Source: Cycas panzhihuaensis
Taxonomy: Eukaryota > Plantae > Cycadophyta
Length of the DNA stretch: 64,000 bases
Reading direction: 5' to 3'
Assembly: GCA_023213395.1 (NCBI GenBank)
Contig: CM041465.1
Location: 15,004,001 to 15,068,000 of the forward strand
Shown: positions 12,926 to 24,642 of the stretch, in pieces
How the letters are laid out: the number at the start of each line of letters is the position of its first letter
How positions within the stretch are numbered: the first letter of the stretch is position 1
The notes under the pieces: model-generated
Told to the model about the DNA's origin: nothing
What the model saw: the letters and a program-made list of their open reading frames with translations, nothing else
Databases searched by the model: none
Made by a program: the position numbers and the translations under genes

Positions 12926-13959
12926 ACCAGAGGTTCTAAATCTTCATCTTCTTTTTCCTATTGTTGAGTCTTTTTCCTTACTTGACCTCTACTAATGATT
13001 TACCTTTGTCGATTATGCCTAAAATTTGAATAATTGTTGAGTATACTAGAGTGAGTACTCTTTGGACGTTATCCTTTTCACTAATCTAATTGCATAATTT
13101 ATTCCAAATAGGTAGAAAAATATCATTCTCAATCATATAAAATGGTTATGCTAAATTCAACTCATTTTATGTTTTTAAGAATATTTTCTTCTATTGCAAA
13201 GGATTTGGATAAACCATCTTTTATTTTTTAGTTTTATTTGGAATGATTCTTGGCTCTCTCCAATGGTAGTTTATACCTCCTTTTGTTCCTTATTAAGTAA
13301 TCCAATTTAGGTCCCTCTCCTCCCTTATTGATGAACTTTTTGGTTCTCATGGAGGTGATATGGGCCTTTTAGTTGTTATTAAATGCTTTATATCTTTATC
13401 TTTTCCTTTTATTTTCTCTAATAATTTTAGGTAGTCCACTATCTCATGATCTCTTCTAAAGAGAATATTACTCCTAGTTAATTAAAATTACTGCTATGCA
13501 CATTCCCTCAATGTCAACATCTATTAAATTACAAATGCTTCATTATTTTTGGATGTTGATTCTAATTTCTTGGGTTTACTCCATTATTTATTCTCATATT
13601 ATGCTTGTATTGATCTGTATTATGGGTTCATATCTTACAAATGTGGAAAAATAACTTTGGTCTGTCATTTGTCATACTAAGTTGACATTTCTCATTGGGG
13701 TCTCTATGTATCCTAAGGCAATAGGATAATTTGCTTTCTCAACCAAGTTAATTTCAAGTCAAAGTAACAATATAAGGCTGAATTTCCTAGTGGCATATAC
13801 ATTTCAAATCCTTTCCTTCTATTATCCTTAAGGGTTATTCCTCATAGAATTATTCTTGTATTTTACACTTTGTGTACTAGACATTTATCCTTTTATTCAT
13901 TACAATGCTTGTACCAACTATTCTATTAGTTAAAGAGAATCAAGTAAAGTTATAAACAT

Positions 13960-14450
13960 TCATATGTTTCCTTCTAGTTGTACAATGTCCTCTACTACTT
14001 CCTTAAACTTTGGAAGATTGTTCCATCTTAACACAATCCACACCTCTATTAGAAGTTTGTTGAGAAAATAGTTTCTTTTTTGTTCAATGTCTATATTATA
14101 TGTAGATTGGGAAAATATCTCCATACATCTCAAGGTAAAGGCTTGAAATATTTCTCCCGTATGCATTTGTAAATTATGTAATTTATTAAAGACATATTGT
14201 CTTTGTTAATGTTGAGTAAAGACATTTAAAAAATGAGCTTTACATATATTCCAATCTTAGAGAAATCTCTGAATTTTCATAGACTGATACAATGTCTAAG
14301 CTCTCCTACGTAGAGTGGTTACAAACCTATTCCATCTTCTTTAGTCATCAATAATTGCTTAACATGGCCATATGGACTTGCTGATGAACATATGTTGATT
14401 TACATCTAAATTCCCATCATACTTTGGTAAAGGTATTTTTACTACATACT
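13960..14450 (-). pseudogene. gag: highly decayed gypsy gag fragment
   Basis: TGEIFQAFTLRC...RNYFLNKL...FKEVVEDIVQLE matches the QxxGE..F..R / FLNxL / ..AxxLE gag pattern. Confidence 0.5.
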
Positions 14451-17400
14451 CAATAATGGTAACACTAACCATCTTGTTCTTATTTTAATTGCTTAATTAT
14501 AAGGGGAAGGGGTATTCTTTCTAGAGTAAAAATCTCTAAGTGATACATTCTCATTAAAAAAAAAATTCCTCTAATGCATCATTAATCAAGTTCTCCTAAC
14601 ACTTTTATTCATAACGAGTAACAGGTATTAATGCTTCCTAGTTTTGAAATTTTCCCTTCCAATTTTTTAGATGTAATTAACGTCTTCAAGTAAGTTGCAA
14701 ATGTTCTATACTCTAGTGATCATATCTAGTTGTCCTTAGTTCACCATATATTGTTTTCTTTTATTATTACTTTTCCACCTTCTATGATCGTAGCCTTGAA
14801 GAGTAATTATCAACTTATTATAGTATTAACAAATTATCCAAAATAAAGTTGTAGAATTTAATGACAATTGAAACAAATATTAGGAATTAAATTGTAAACT
14901 TCCAACATATGTATCATAATATAAGAAAATTTGTAATAACATCCAACCAAGCATCATACAAGAATTCATCCACCAATTCTTCTTTATTAACAATAAGATT
15001 GGTGCATCCAATGTGATTGCTATTACTAATCACATTAGATAAAACCTATAATACGTACATCTAAATTAGTACAAGTCCATGCTCAGATTTCAAGAGTGCA
15101 AGGTTCTATACTAGTCATTAGATTGAGATTATTTATACAAATATTTCACTTAGATAATTACAAAAATAATTATGAAATGAACTTTATAATATCTCTAAAC
15201 TTCATCATATGCAAGCTAGGTCTATGTCAACTATTGGTTATGTTGACTTTTATCAAAACCCAAAAGTCAACATTGATTAAGTCTACATATGTGAATGACC
15301 TCAATATAATATAACCATTAAGACTTCGACATACTAATACCTTTAATATAAAAATTTTGACATAAGAAATTCAATAAAATCTTTAAAATACTGACATTGA
15401 CCTAATTGACTAATAATTTTCCTTAGTATAATTGATAATGATCATAAAAGATGGTAATATCCCTTCAATGTATACAAGTCTATCTTATTAAAAATATTAT
15501 TCACTTTTTATAAATTCAAAATCATGGGTGATATTAATTCATGATGACACATCATTCATTACAAAATGTCATTATGTCATTGTTATTATGTTTCCTTTTT
15601 TTATTACAATCACCATTGATTATGATTGAGATCGTGATTAAGATCAAAATTTATTACTCTTATTTTGTGTTATTGTATTGGTTTTTGTATCTTTTTTTTT
15701 TTTTTGAAAGTGATAACAAAGTTTTAACTAGTTTCCATTGACCATCTAGGGTAACACTTTGTCCTCTTGTTTAATAGAATTAATGACTACTTCATTAATT
15801 CATTAATGTACCTTATAACCACTTTATATTCATGATGTGCTTTAATAATATAATGGTATAAAGTGTGAATGTATTTAAGTTACAAATATGTTTCTTAACG
15901 CCTCGTGTGTCAGGTAAAATGCCTACTTTCTTATCATAACTATTTCATGCATGAGTGCCACTAGTCACCATGCATGAACATAAATTGTACTTTAAGTTAT
16001 TTTCTGTCCTTTACAAATGTATATAGAGTTGAAGAGGTTTCTCTTATATTTTGAGATTTCATTGTTAATGAAAGATGGTTTTGGGGTTTGAGCTAATTTC
16101 AACCCCTTCATTTCTTTGTGTACTAATTTTATTTTTTACGTTTGAATGAGTTTGTTTATGTGTGAGATTAATCTCACTCTTCTTTTTTTTTTAATTAGGT
16201 TTAAATAAATGGGGGTTAAAAAGGGGGCCCCAACCCATATACAAGAGTTTCCAGAGTGACACCAGAGATTAGTAGTGACAAGCCCATGACCTAGTTATCT
16301 AAGAAAAGTTTATCTTATCAAACTAATGACCATTAGATCTTAAGTCCCTAAATCCTACCTAGATAGACCCACAATCTCTTTAAGAATACTATCCTTCCAT
16401 ACCTGAAATCCTCCAGACTGGACTCCCCAGTTAGCCAATCTATCAGCCACCCTATTCCCTTCCCTGTAAGTGTGTCTCACTTGAACATTTTCTTCGCTTT
16501 GAAGCATCCTCTTCATATCATTGATCATAGCTTGATGCTTCTAATCTAGCTCCACCCCCCCTTTGATCATCTTTATCACATTCATTAAATCCCCTTCCAT
16601 AATGACTCTTGGGCAACCCTCCCTAGTAGCCAGGTCCATAGTTCTACACATCACTTCAAGATCTGCCTTGTGATTTATCTAGGTGCCCTAATATTCTGCA
16701 AAAGCCTAGATGATATTACCTTCTCTATCTTTGCATATCCCATCACCCCCAGCCTTGCTAGGGTTCCCTTTGGATGCCCCATCAAAGTTAACTTTAACCT
16801 AGTGTTGTGGTGGGGGACTCTAGATTTCTTGCCTCATCTCCAAGGACCTAACTTTAATGTTCTCAATATCCCAGTTTGCAAGGACCCTCCTATCCTTAGG
16901 ATAGATGGAGACTTCCTCCTTCTCCTTTAGGGTCTCTTTCAGAGTCACCATGATGGTCCCAAAAAGCTTCTTCTTGTTCATTCTTTTATCTTGGAAAATA
17001 CATATGTTCCTCTCTTTCCATATATTCCAAACTAGTGTAGGTACATACAATGCCCATAAAGACCATAGGGTTCTATATTTAAAGGGGCATACCCAAGACT
17101 CTACTAGATTCTTCACCATTTCAGGAAGGACCTAGAGGACCCCATAAGAGCCCCACAACTTTAACTACACCTCCTTAGAGAAGGTGCAATGCAAGAAATG
17201 TGATCCATAGACTCCTCCTCCTAAAAACAAAGAATACATCTATTTGCAGTGATAAGCCTCTCTTCCTCAAATTGTTTAGTTCTTAAGATACAACCACCAA
17301 AAAATGGCAATCTTTGGGATTAATCCCAACTTCCAAACCCCACTTAGGAGCTTATTCCTAATAAGGCCTCTCTCTGAAATCAAAAATTAATATCTTGATT

Positions 17401-20400
17401 TGACCGAATAGGACCTAGACTGGACCCCAGGCTAGACTAGGGCATCCTCCTTTGGAAATCTAGGAATGTATATCTTTTTTATCTCATTCCTTAGAGTGGT
17501 AATTTATTGCTCTCTATCTTGGTCATGAGGTATTTCTTCAAAACTTCTCCATACCTTCCTATCCTCCCTATTCTCTTAGTAATCTTCTACCTTTTTTCCA
17601 TAAAGGCTCTCACATTCAACTTGTAGGGGAGCTAAGACAGGACTCTTATTCAGTTGAATATTACCACACCAGGTGTCCTTCCAGAAGTTAATAGATTTTC
17701 CATTGCCTAAACACCACTAGGCCCCTGACATTAACATCTTCCTTGCATACACAAGGCTTGTCCAGATATCCGAGCCCTTTTTACCGGGAAGAGTGAAAGT
17801 AAAAAATTGATTATCCCTAAGGTATTTCCTAGCCATAGTCTTACACCAAGGCCTCTCCTCCTTAGTAGTAAGGCTCCATCCTAGTTTAACAACTAGAGCC
17901 CTATTAAAGCACATTATATCCTTTACATTCAAGCCTCCCATCCATTTTAGAAGGCACACTTTCTCGTAAGAAACCAAGTGAATTCTCTCCATATCCTTGG
18001 CCCCTGACCATAGGAATCTTTTCTGAATAGTTTCTAAAGTGCTTATCAACTTCCCACGACACCTAAACAAAAACATCATATAAGTGGGGATAACATGAAG
18101 GGATGCCACCAATAATTGGAGTTTCCCAGCCTGACTCAGTAAGGCCCCTTTCTAGCCAGCTAGCTTCCTTTATACCTAACTAATAATTAGATTCCAAAGG
18201 TCATTTTGCATTCTTCCCACAAATAGAGGCATACCAAGATACTAATTTGGGAGGGCTCTAATGGGCATCTTTGAGATCCTGCATATGGACCTTGCGTCCT
18301 ATCAATAGTATTCAAGAAGAAAATATTTCTCTTTTCCAAGTTTGCCTTTTGATTCGTGGTAGCCTCAAACTTCTCCAATTGGGCTTTGATAGATTTTGCT
18401 TCCTTAATGGAGGCCCTGCTCAGTAGAATATTATCATCCATAAAATGTTTGTGAATAATATTGGCAACCCTCAAGGTGGGCCTTAAGCCCACATTCTTCC
18501 CAGATCTCCTAGCTTCCTCCATAGATTTGCCAATTAACTCAACCATAATGATAAACAAGTAAGGGACAGGAGGGTCCCCCTGTCTAAGTCCTTTATAACT
18601 TGGGAGAAAAGGGGAAGATATGCCATTTATAATCACTGAGAAGCTAGGGTTTGAGATACAACTATTAATCCACTTCCTCCAGTACTCTTTGAATCGAAAG
18701 GCTCTGATGCATTCCAATAAGCAACCCCATGAAACTCTATCATAAACCTTTAAGAGATCTATCTTGATGAACATCCCAGGCTCCTTCCTATGATAAGTCA
18801 AATGGACTATTTCATGAACTAGTATAATACCATCAAAGATCTATCTCCCCTTGACAAACCTATCTTGGTTAGGACCTATAAAAGAAGGAAGGAATTCCTT
18901 CATCTTATTGGCTAGGATCTTTGCTAAAATTCTATACTTCACATTACACAGGCTTATGGGCCTAAACTCTTTCATTCTCTTTAATGATGTCCCAATATTC
19001 CTGATAAAACCCTGAGGGGAACCCATATGGCCTAGGATCTTTCTCCCTCTTCATGCCAAACACAACTTTCCTAACCTCATCTAATGAGAAGGAGGCCTTT
19101 AGGGCTTTGTTCACAATGCTTCCTACCTTCTTAGGTAATAGGGCAATCATCTCCTTCCTAACCTCCTCATCATCATAGCCCAACTCATTGTATAGTTCCT
19201 TCACAACTACCCCCTTAATATTATCTTGCCCAATCTCCTCCCCATCTTTATTTAATAGGCTTTTTATGTAATTACAAGCTCTATGATTCATAGTTATCAT
19301 ATGGAAGAATCTAGTATTTCTATCTCGCTTTGCAAGCCACAAGGTTCTAGATTTTTATTTTGAAAAGATTTCCTCCTTAGGAAAAACTCCTTCTAGATAA
19401 AAAAGAAGCTTTTTTTCTTTCAGGTCAAGGTCCACAGACCTCCCTTGATCCTAAATTTGCATCTCAAGATGTCTCAGATCCTCTAGAATCATATCTTTCC
19501 TAGCAAAAATATCCCCATAGGAGTTCTTATTCTAATCCTTAACTAATCTTTTCACTGGGCCTAATTTTATTAAAAATCTCCTCATCACACATTCATAGGC
19601 CAAGGATTGCTACCATTCTGATAATAAATTATGAAGGTCTGAGTCCTTCATCTACATTAGCTTAAATCAGAAGGGGGTGCCCATATGACCTTTAAACTCA
19701 TCACATCCCAAGGCCAATGGGAAGTGATTTGAAACTATCTTTGGCAGAGGTACCAAGTTTATATTACTATGTTGACTTAACCAAGCATAGTTAAAGACCA
19801 CTCTATCTAATCTAACCTAGATATGGCCAACTCCTAGTCTCCTGTTTGACTAGGTGAACTTGGGGCCTCTTAGGGGAACATCCATCCAACCTCCCTTCTA
19901 CATAAAGTCCCCAAGGTCATCCACACTTTTAGTCCACTCGACCTAGCCCCTTTTCTTTTCCTTAGGGGATAAGTCCATGTTAAAGTCCCCAGCAATCAAC
20001 CATAGACCTGTCCACTCCTTATGGGCCTCTAACAGCCTACTCTATAAACGCTTCCTCCCCTACTGCAATAGGGAATTATATATGTTGGTAACCAACCACT
20101 TACTATTAGATTTATTGCTTATCATCTAAATAGATATAAAGTGCTCCTCGATGAGGAACACTTCACCCTCCTAACCTCTGGGATTCCACATGGTGGCAAG
20201 GCCTCCAGAGCCCTTGTTCCCATCCAAAGTAATCTAGTCAGTACCTTTCCATATTTTATTTTTAATGTTTGCTCTGTTCTTAGCTAAGAATTTAGTCTCC
20301 TAAATTAAAAGGATATCCAACTTCCTATGACTCTATATTTCCTTCATCATTATATATTTTGACAGGGCATTTATGCCCTAAATATTTCAAGAGGCAAGCT

Positions 20401-20672
20401 ACATACCAACTTCCCCCTTATTAGGCCTCCAATATCCCTTATCTCTTGCTTCTCGCTTTGGGCCTTTGCCCTGGTCCTTTGTTCCTTAGGGTTCTCTATG
20501 TTTCTTGGTCGATATAGAGTGCTACCTCCATCTTCTGGAGCACCTTTGAGGATGGCCTCCCTAATCTCTTTTCACTACCGAAGTGAGGGCCTCTTGAGAG
20601 ATCTAGCTCTTTAACAACATTTTGGTTCCACAAATCTCTAATCTTCCATATCTTCTCTAGTTTCTTCTACTC

Positions 20673-20792
20673 TAATGGAAATAAAATATAGCTAAACTGC
20701 TATGATACCAAATGATGGAAATATAATATAGCTAAACTGCTCTGATACCAAATGAAGGAAATAAAATGTAGCTAAACTACTTTGATACCAAA
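20673..20792 (-). repeat. 3 x 40-bp tandem units, each containing a tRNA-iMet PBS
   Basis: gctatgatacca 20699-20710, gctctgatacca 20739-20750, actttgatacca 20779-20790; exact 40-bp period. Confidence 0.95.
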
Positions 20793-21602
20793 TGATGGAA
20801 ATATATAGCAGGAGAACATGGCAGAAGATATAATAAACTTCAATATATTCAAAATAATAGTATTGCATCAAATATTCAATACAAATCTATGTAACAATGT
20901 AGCAATATAGATCAATATTGCACAAATGAACTATGAGAGTATGATAGAATTGTATTCAATCCATTGTTGTTGAGAGCTTGATAAATATCCTCAAAGGAGG
21001 CGGTGTCCAAGGAATGATGTAAAGAGATATATTTTGCAAGAAAGTTGAAGTATGTTAATGAAAATCAAAATTTTAAAGTTTTTTTCAAGTACACGTTCCA
21101 TAAGTTAAAGGAAAAGATACAAGTGTTTGCGATGACATTAAGGGGGAGAATGTTGGAGTGTAATGTCATCACTCAACTCCCTCTTACCTACCAGGATTGT
21201 ACACCTCAATTTACACATGTGATACTCAACATGTCAAGGTAAGTTAAGGTAAGTTAATGTTCATTTGAGTTAGTTTATTTGAGTTAAGTTACATTATTTT
21301 ATTATTAATTTAAATTTAGGGGTTGAGGAGTTTCCCTCCTTCCCCAAAACTATTTATATTATGGGGTGTACAACCTTGGTGTCTTTAGACACTACCTCCT
21401 TTGAGGATATTTGTCAAGCTCTCAACAACAATGGATTGAAGACAATGCTATCATGCTCTCATAGTTCATTTGTGTAACATCAATCTACATTGCTACATTG
21501 TTACATAGATTTGTATTGAATATTTGATGCAATACTATTATTTTGATTATATTGAAGTTTATTATATCTTCTGCCCTATTCTCCTGCTATATATTTCCAT
21601 CA

Positions 21603-21723
21603 TTTGGTATCAGAGCAGTTTAACTACATTTTATTTCCTTCATTTGGTATCAGAGTAGTTTAGCTACATTATATTTCCATCATTTGGTATCAGAGCATAG
21701 TCCTGTAAATATTATTTCTAATA
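21603..21723 (+). repeat. 3 tandem PBS-containing units (40, 40, 41 bp)
   Basis: TGGTATCAGAG(C/T) at 21605, 21645 and 21685, each preceded by ...CA-TT. Confidence 0.95.
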
Positions 21724-24319
21724 TACTCTTCATGTCTCTGTGAGTTAGCCTCTTCATCCTTTCAAGAAGAGACCATCTCCATTCCCAGCTAGAGTTCTAT
21801 GGGTTGGAGCTATGAGGCCCCTGTAAGGTTAATCAAATTGACCTACCCCTCCTCAGAAAGGATATCTTCCTCATTTAGGTTTAAATCCTACCCTAACTCA
21901 ATTTGGATAGTGCCTTTCCCAACCTTTGGGAGGTTAGGCACTTGTTCCTTTGCCATTAGGGGTACCTCCTTCTCTTTAGGTTTTGTAGAGGGGCCTTCTT
22001 GTTCCTCCTTTCCCTTTAGATTCTCATCCCCGATCTAGTGAGTAAGGAGTTTAGCTTTAGTTCTCTTGGGTAGCTAAATAAAAGGTGCCTTAGCCATTTG
22101 CACTTTTGACATATCACATTTTCAAGCTTATATACCAATTTTTATTCCCTATTCCACCTAAATCTATCTATAAACACCCGATCAGGAAGGGGTTTATCAG
22201 TTCTTGCTAGAGTACAAAATCTAGCATTCACAAGTCTACTCTTATTCTTCATGGCTAAATCAACCCCCTCTATTTTATCTCTTTTGTTTCTACAATTATC
22301 AAACCATCATTAGTGGTTTTGATGACCCTTGGATAGATGGGCTCATGAGGTTTCCATAATATTAGTAGAATGACATGCCTCTCTTTAGGACTGTAATGTT
22401 TGCCTCTATATAGTATAATAACACCTACATTAGGATATACTACCAGTTTGGTCCTCAAGGTGAAAATAAACCTTTCTCATTCTAATTGTTGGCATGTCTA
22501 ACCACTTTATTCTTATAGCTTCTACATGTTTTTAATGATTTCATATATTATTCATGCCATCTCTTCCTAAATTAACCTAGTATTTGGTATTTTATTATTT
22601 TTAATGAGATTCTATATTTAGTCCCTATAGCTAGTCCATTCACTATTTATTCTATTGAGACCCAAAGGGGAAAACTCTAGTTCATAAAAGTCAAGGTGAT
22701 ATAACTCTAGATTGATGAGAGAATTCTATTAAAAAATCAAACTTTGGATCAATGAGAGAATTTTTTCTGAAAAAATAAATGACCACATCAAACATAATGC
22801 ATTTATTTACAACATTACTATATTGATTGGCCTTTCTTACAAAGTTGGAATGTGTTATAGATGTAGGTGGAATAAAATGTGAACAATATTTATTCATCAT
22901 TTGTGTCCTCTGTATTCATGATTTGTACCCACCTACTTAATATATATTTAGATTCTGTAATGGGGCACTCAAGAAATACTATGGTTTGCTCATATATTTA
23001 GAGGTCTTCTTCTTGCCTTGATATTTGACTAGATGACTTCTATCTAATTAATTTTCTAGGGTAAATCTATAAATTTTGTAGTTTCATAAACTATCAGAAG
23101 CCCATATTTCATTCTAAGGTATTTATCATTTAGTTTTCTAATTCTTCTCAGAGTCATCTATGACCACTATATACTTATTTTTAATTGATCAAAAATTGGC
23201 TTAAGCATTGCATTTGCAAATCCTCTATTACAGAGATTTAAACTTGACATTGTAGATAATGAGATAGATTCATTTTAAAGAATTTGAGCATATTTATTGA
23301 AGAAATAGTTATGTAACCTTTATTTATTAATTTAATTCTCATTCACTAGATGATCAATGAAAGTATGCAAGATGACTGCTTTTTGAGATCCTCTCAGCAT
23401 CTTGACTTCATATCTAGTGCTAGCTTATGTTTTCTTAGCTTCAATAAGAAGAAATCTCTATTTATATCCTAAATTAATCACCCCTATCTATTGCTCATTT
23501 CATTTTTAAATTTTTTCCTATAGTTTTAAAGTCTTACTTTATATATTTTAAAATATCCTAAGTATATTACCCTTTTAATATTTGTCCTTCTTCTAAAGCT
23601 TTTTGTTTAATCTTTTTTAAAACCTTCTTTAACCTATTTTTATATTTTTAGCCTTTTTTAAAGCTTTTTTTAGCCCCAATATTTTATTTTATCCTTTTCT
23701 TAATTAAAAAATATATATTTTCAAGTTAAAATATTAAAAATTTAATGATATTTTAAGATGTTCTTAAGGATTTATTAATATAACAAAGTTTTTAAATTTG
23801 AAACATTAATAGGATAACTTCAAAATTCTTTTCATGATCATATTAGTCTTGAAAAGGGAATGGTTAGGATCCCTAAAGTTAATCACTCTCACATATATGA
23901 GTTTTATACAATTAGATAAATAAGATAAGGGACAACTCACTTTCAGGTATATTGAGTGATAAGTTGAGGTGTCAACCCATACATTTAGAGTTTGGAGACT
24001 TGGCTAGGCCTAGAGAGGGTGAGTGCCTTAGTTGGAAGTGTGCCCTTAGATGAGGATCTAATTATTAAGGTTGTAAATTTGGTATAAATGGATCCATAAT
24101 ACTAGGGGGGTGATAGAGCCTTCTAGTTCTCATGTAACTTTGAGTTTATAAAGCCCTTAAATTGCCACCTATGAATACGTATACCATCAGATAGGATCAC
24201 CTTAACTATCAAGGGCTATTAGGAAAGGAGACATTAAGACTTTAAATACTATACTAGAAAACATTATTAAGTAGATATAATACTTATTTGAGATATAATG
24301 TCACTTCAAATATTTGTAA

Positions 24320-24642
24320 CTAACATTATTAAATTGTTTAGTAGTGATAATTTCTTAGCTTAGAAGAAATAAATCAAGAATATACTTATAATAAAGAAAC
24401 TTTGGAATTATGTTTCTAGTGCCACTTTTAAACTTGAACCTACTAAAGGTCCTAATGATCTTATTATTACTATACCACCTGATCTTATTGTATTTGCTAT
24501 ATTTAATGAATATAATGAAATTACAGTCTCCTTTTATAGAAAACATTGATCAAAATATTAAAATTACCATAACTTCTACTAAAGCCTAGAACATTAGCTG
24601 TGCATTATATGAAAGAAAGGATAATACCAAAGTGGTCATACT
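24320..24642 (+). pseudogene. gag: copia gag N-terminus (host element, continues at 31465)
   Basis: KLFSSDNFLA*KK*IKNILIIKKLWNYVS motif; reading resumes after the ATACT TSD. Confidence 0.6.

Larger units (their letters stand above)
20673..21723. mobile_element. 1.05 kb fold-back LTR-derived insertion: inverted partial LTR + RNase H tail + PPT + full LTR, ending in a U5 terminus at both sides
   Basis: 20673-~21011 is the reverse complement of ~21383-21723; TACTC on both flanks (20668-20672, 21724-21728); PPT aagggggagaa 21140-21150, then TGTTGGAG at 21151. Confidence 0.9.
16183..22275 (-). mobile_element. plant L1-type LINE, 5'-truncated, with ORF1 zinc knuckle, endonuclease, RT and C-terminal RNase H; interrupted at 20673-21723
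   Basis: T-tract at 16183-16192 (polyA tail); RH motifs VNFDGASKG and HTYREGNRVADRLAN (16430-16800); RT motifs FRPISLCNV, KIDLLKVYDRVSW, GLRQGDP, FMDD; EN motifs WLIAGDFN, RLDRV, SNHFP; ORF1 RLVNARFC...KPLPD...CQKCKWLRH (22080-22270). Confidence 0.92.

Noticed and set aside
20673-21723. CRISPR array (regular 40-bp period with a conserved core)
   Set aside because: The context is a plant TE region, the conserved core is the tRNA-iMet PBS, the 'spacers' are mostly homologous to each other, and there are no cas genes.
20673-21723. DNA transposon/MITE with long TIRs
   Set aside because: The arms are LTR sequence with PBS and PPT, homologous to the LTRs at 35665 and 40674; the 5-bp TSD is retro-integrase type.
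16160-22295. TSD for the LINE
   Set aside because: Only a weak atctc match between the flanks; not convincing.
22280-24300. Further gypsy/LTR remnant
   Set aside because: Probably TE-derived, but too decayed for any motif-supported call.
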